DNA of 5,101 nucleotides from a virus (Monodnaviria; Loebvirae; Hofneiviricota; Faserviricetes; Tubulavirales; Inoviridae): IMG/VR virus record IMGVR_UViG_2698536355_000001; one strand, 5' to 3'. Shown piece by piece: positions 5,052 to 5,101 of this stretch (position 1 is its first letter; each line of letters starts with the position of its first letter). The notes under the pieces were generated by a model. It saw only the letters and a program-made list of their open reading frames with translations, ran no database searches and was not told where the DNA came from. The position numbers and the translations under genes were made by a program.

Positions 5052-5101
5052 AGTGGCTTCTGTTTCTATCAGCTGTCCCTCCTGTTCAGCTACTGACGGG
5101 G
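5052..5101 (+). CDS. insA: IS1 InsA, N-terminal fragment (3'-partial, GTG start)
   Basis: GTG at 5052 followed by codons for ASVSISCPSCSATDG, the recalled InsA N-terminus; it runs off the window end. Confidence 0.8.

Larger units (their letters stand above)
4998..5101 (+). mobile_element. IS1 left (5') end, partial; the element continues downstream of the window
   Basis: From 4998 the sequence GGTGATGCTGCCAACTTACTGATTTAGTGTATGATGGTGTTTTTGAGGTGCTCCAGTGGCTTCTGTTTCTATCAGCTGTCCCTCCTGTTCAGCTACTGACGGGG matches the recalled IS1 5' end and the start of insA. It has the same orientation as the IS1 end at 1..90. Confidence 0.95.

Noticed and set aside
1-5101. Window as a circular phage replicative form carrying a single IS1
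   Set aside because: The 9-bp sequences flanking the two IS1 ends inside the window are different, and most of gene I, gene IV and the origin are missing, so a simple single insertion into an intact circle does not fit. Flanking sequence is needed to settle it.

Overview
This window is a roughly 4.9 kb remnant of a filamentous phage (Inovirus, Ff/IKe-like) bracketed by two IS1 ends in direct orientation: the 3' end of one IS1 at 1..90 and the 5' end of another at 4998..5101. Between them, left to right: a small 4-helix membrane protein gene and an XRE-type HTH repressor-like gene on the minus strand, a divergent intergenic control region with a 14-bp inverted repeat, then the canonical inovirus plus-strand block II-(X)-V-VII-IX-VIII-III-VI-I. 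Three observations indicate the element is defective: gene III needs a 1-nt frame change near 3646, gene I is cut after codon 76 by the right-hand IS1, and gene IV and the phage origin are absent from the window. The regulatory arm (repressor plus membrane protein) is not part of classical Ff/IKe genomes, so the element looks mosaic. Phage protein identifications rest on recalled M13/fd/IKe sequences and on gene order; no search was run. No tRNA, rRNA or CRISPR array was seen.
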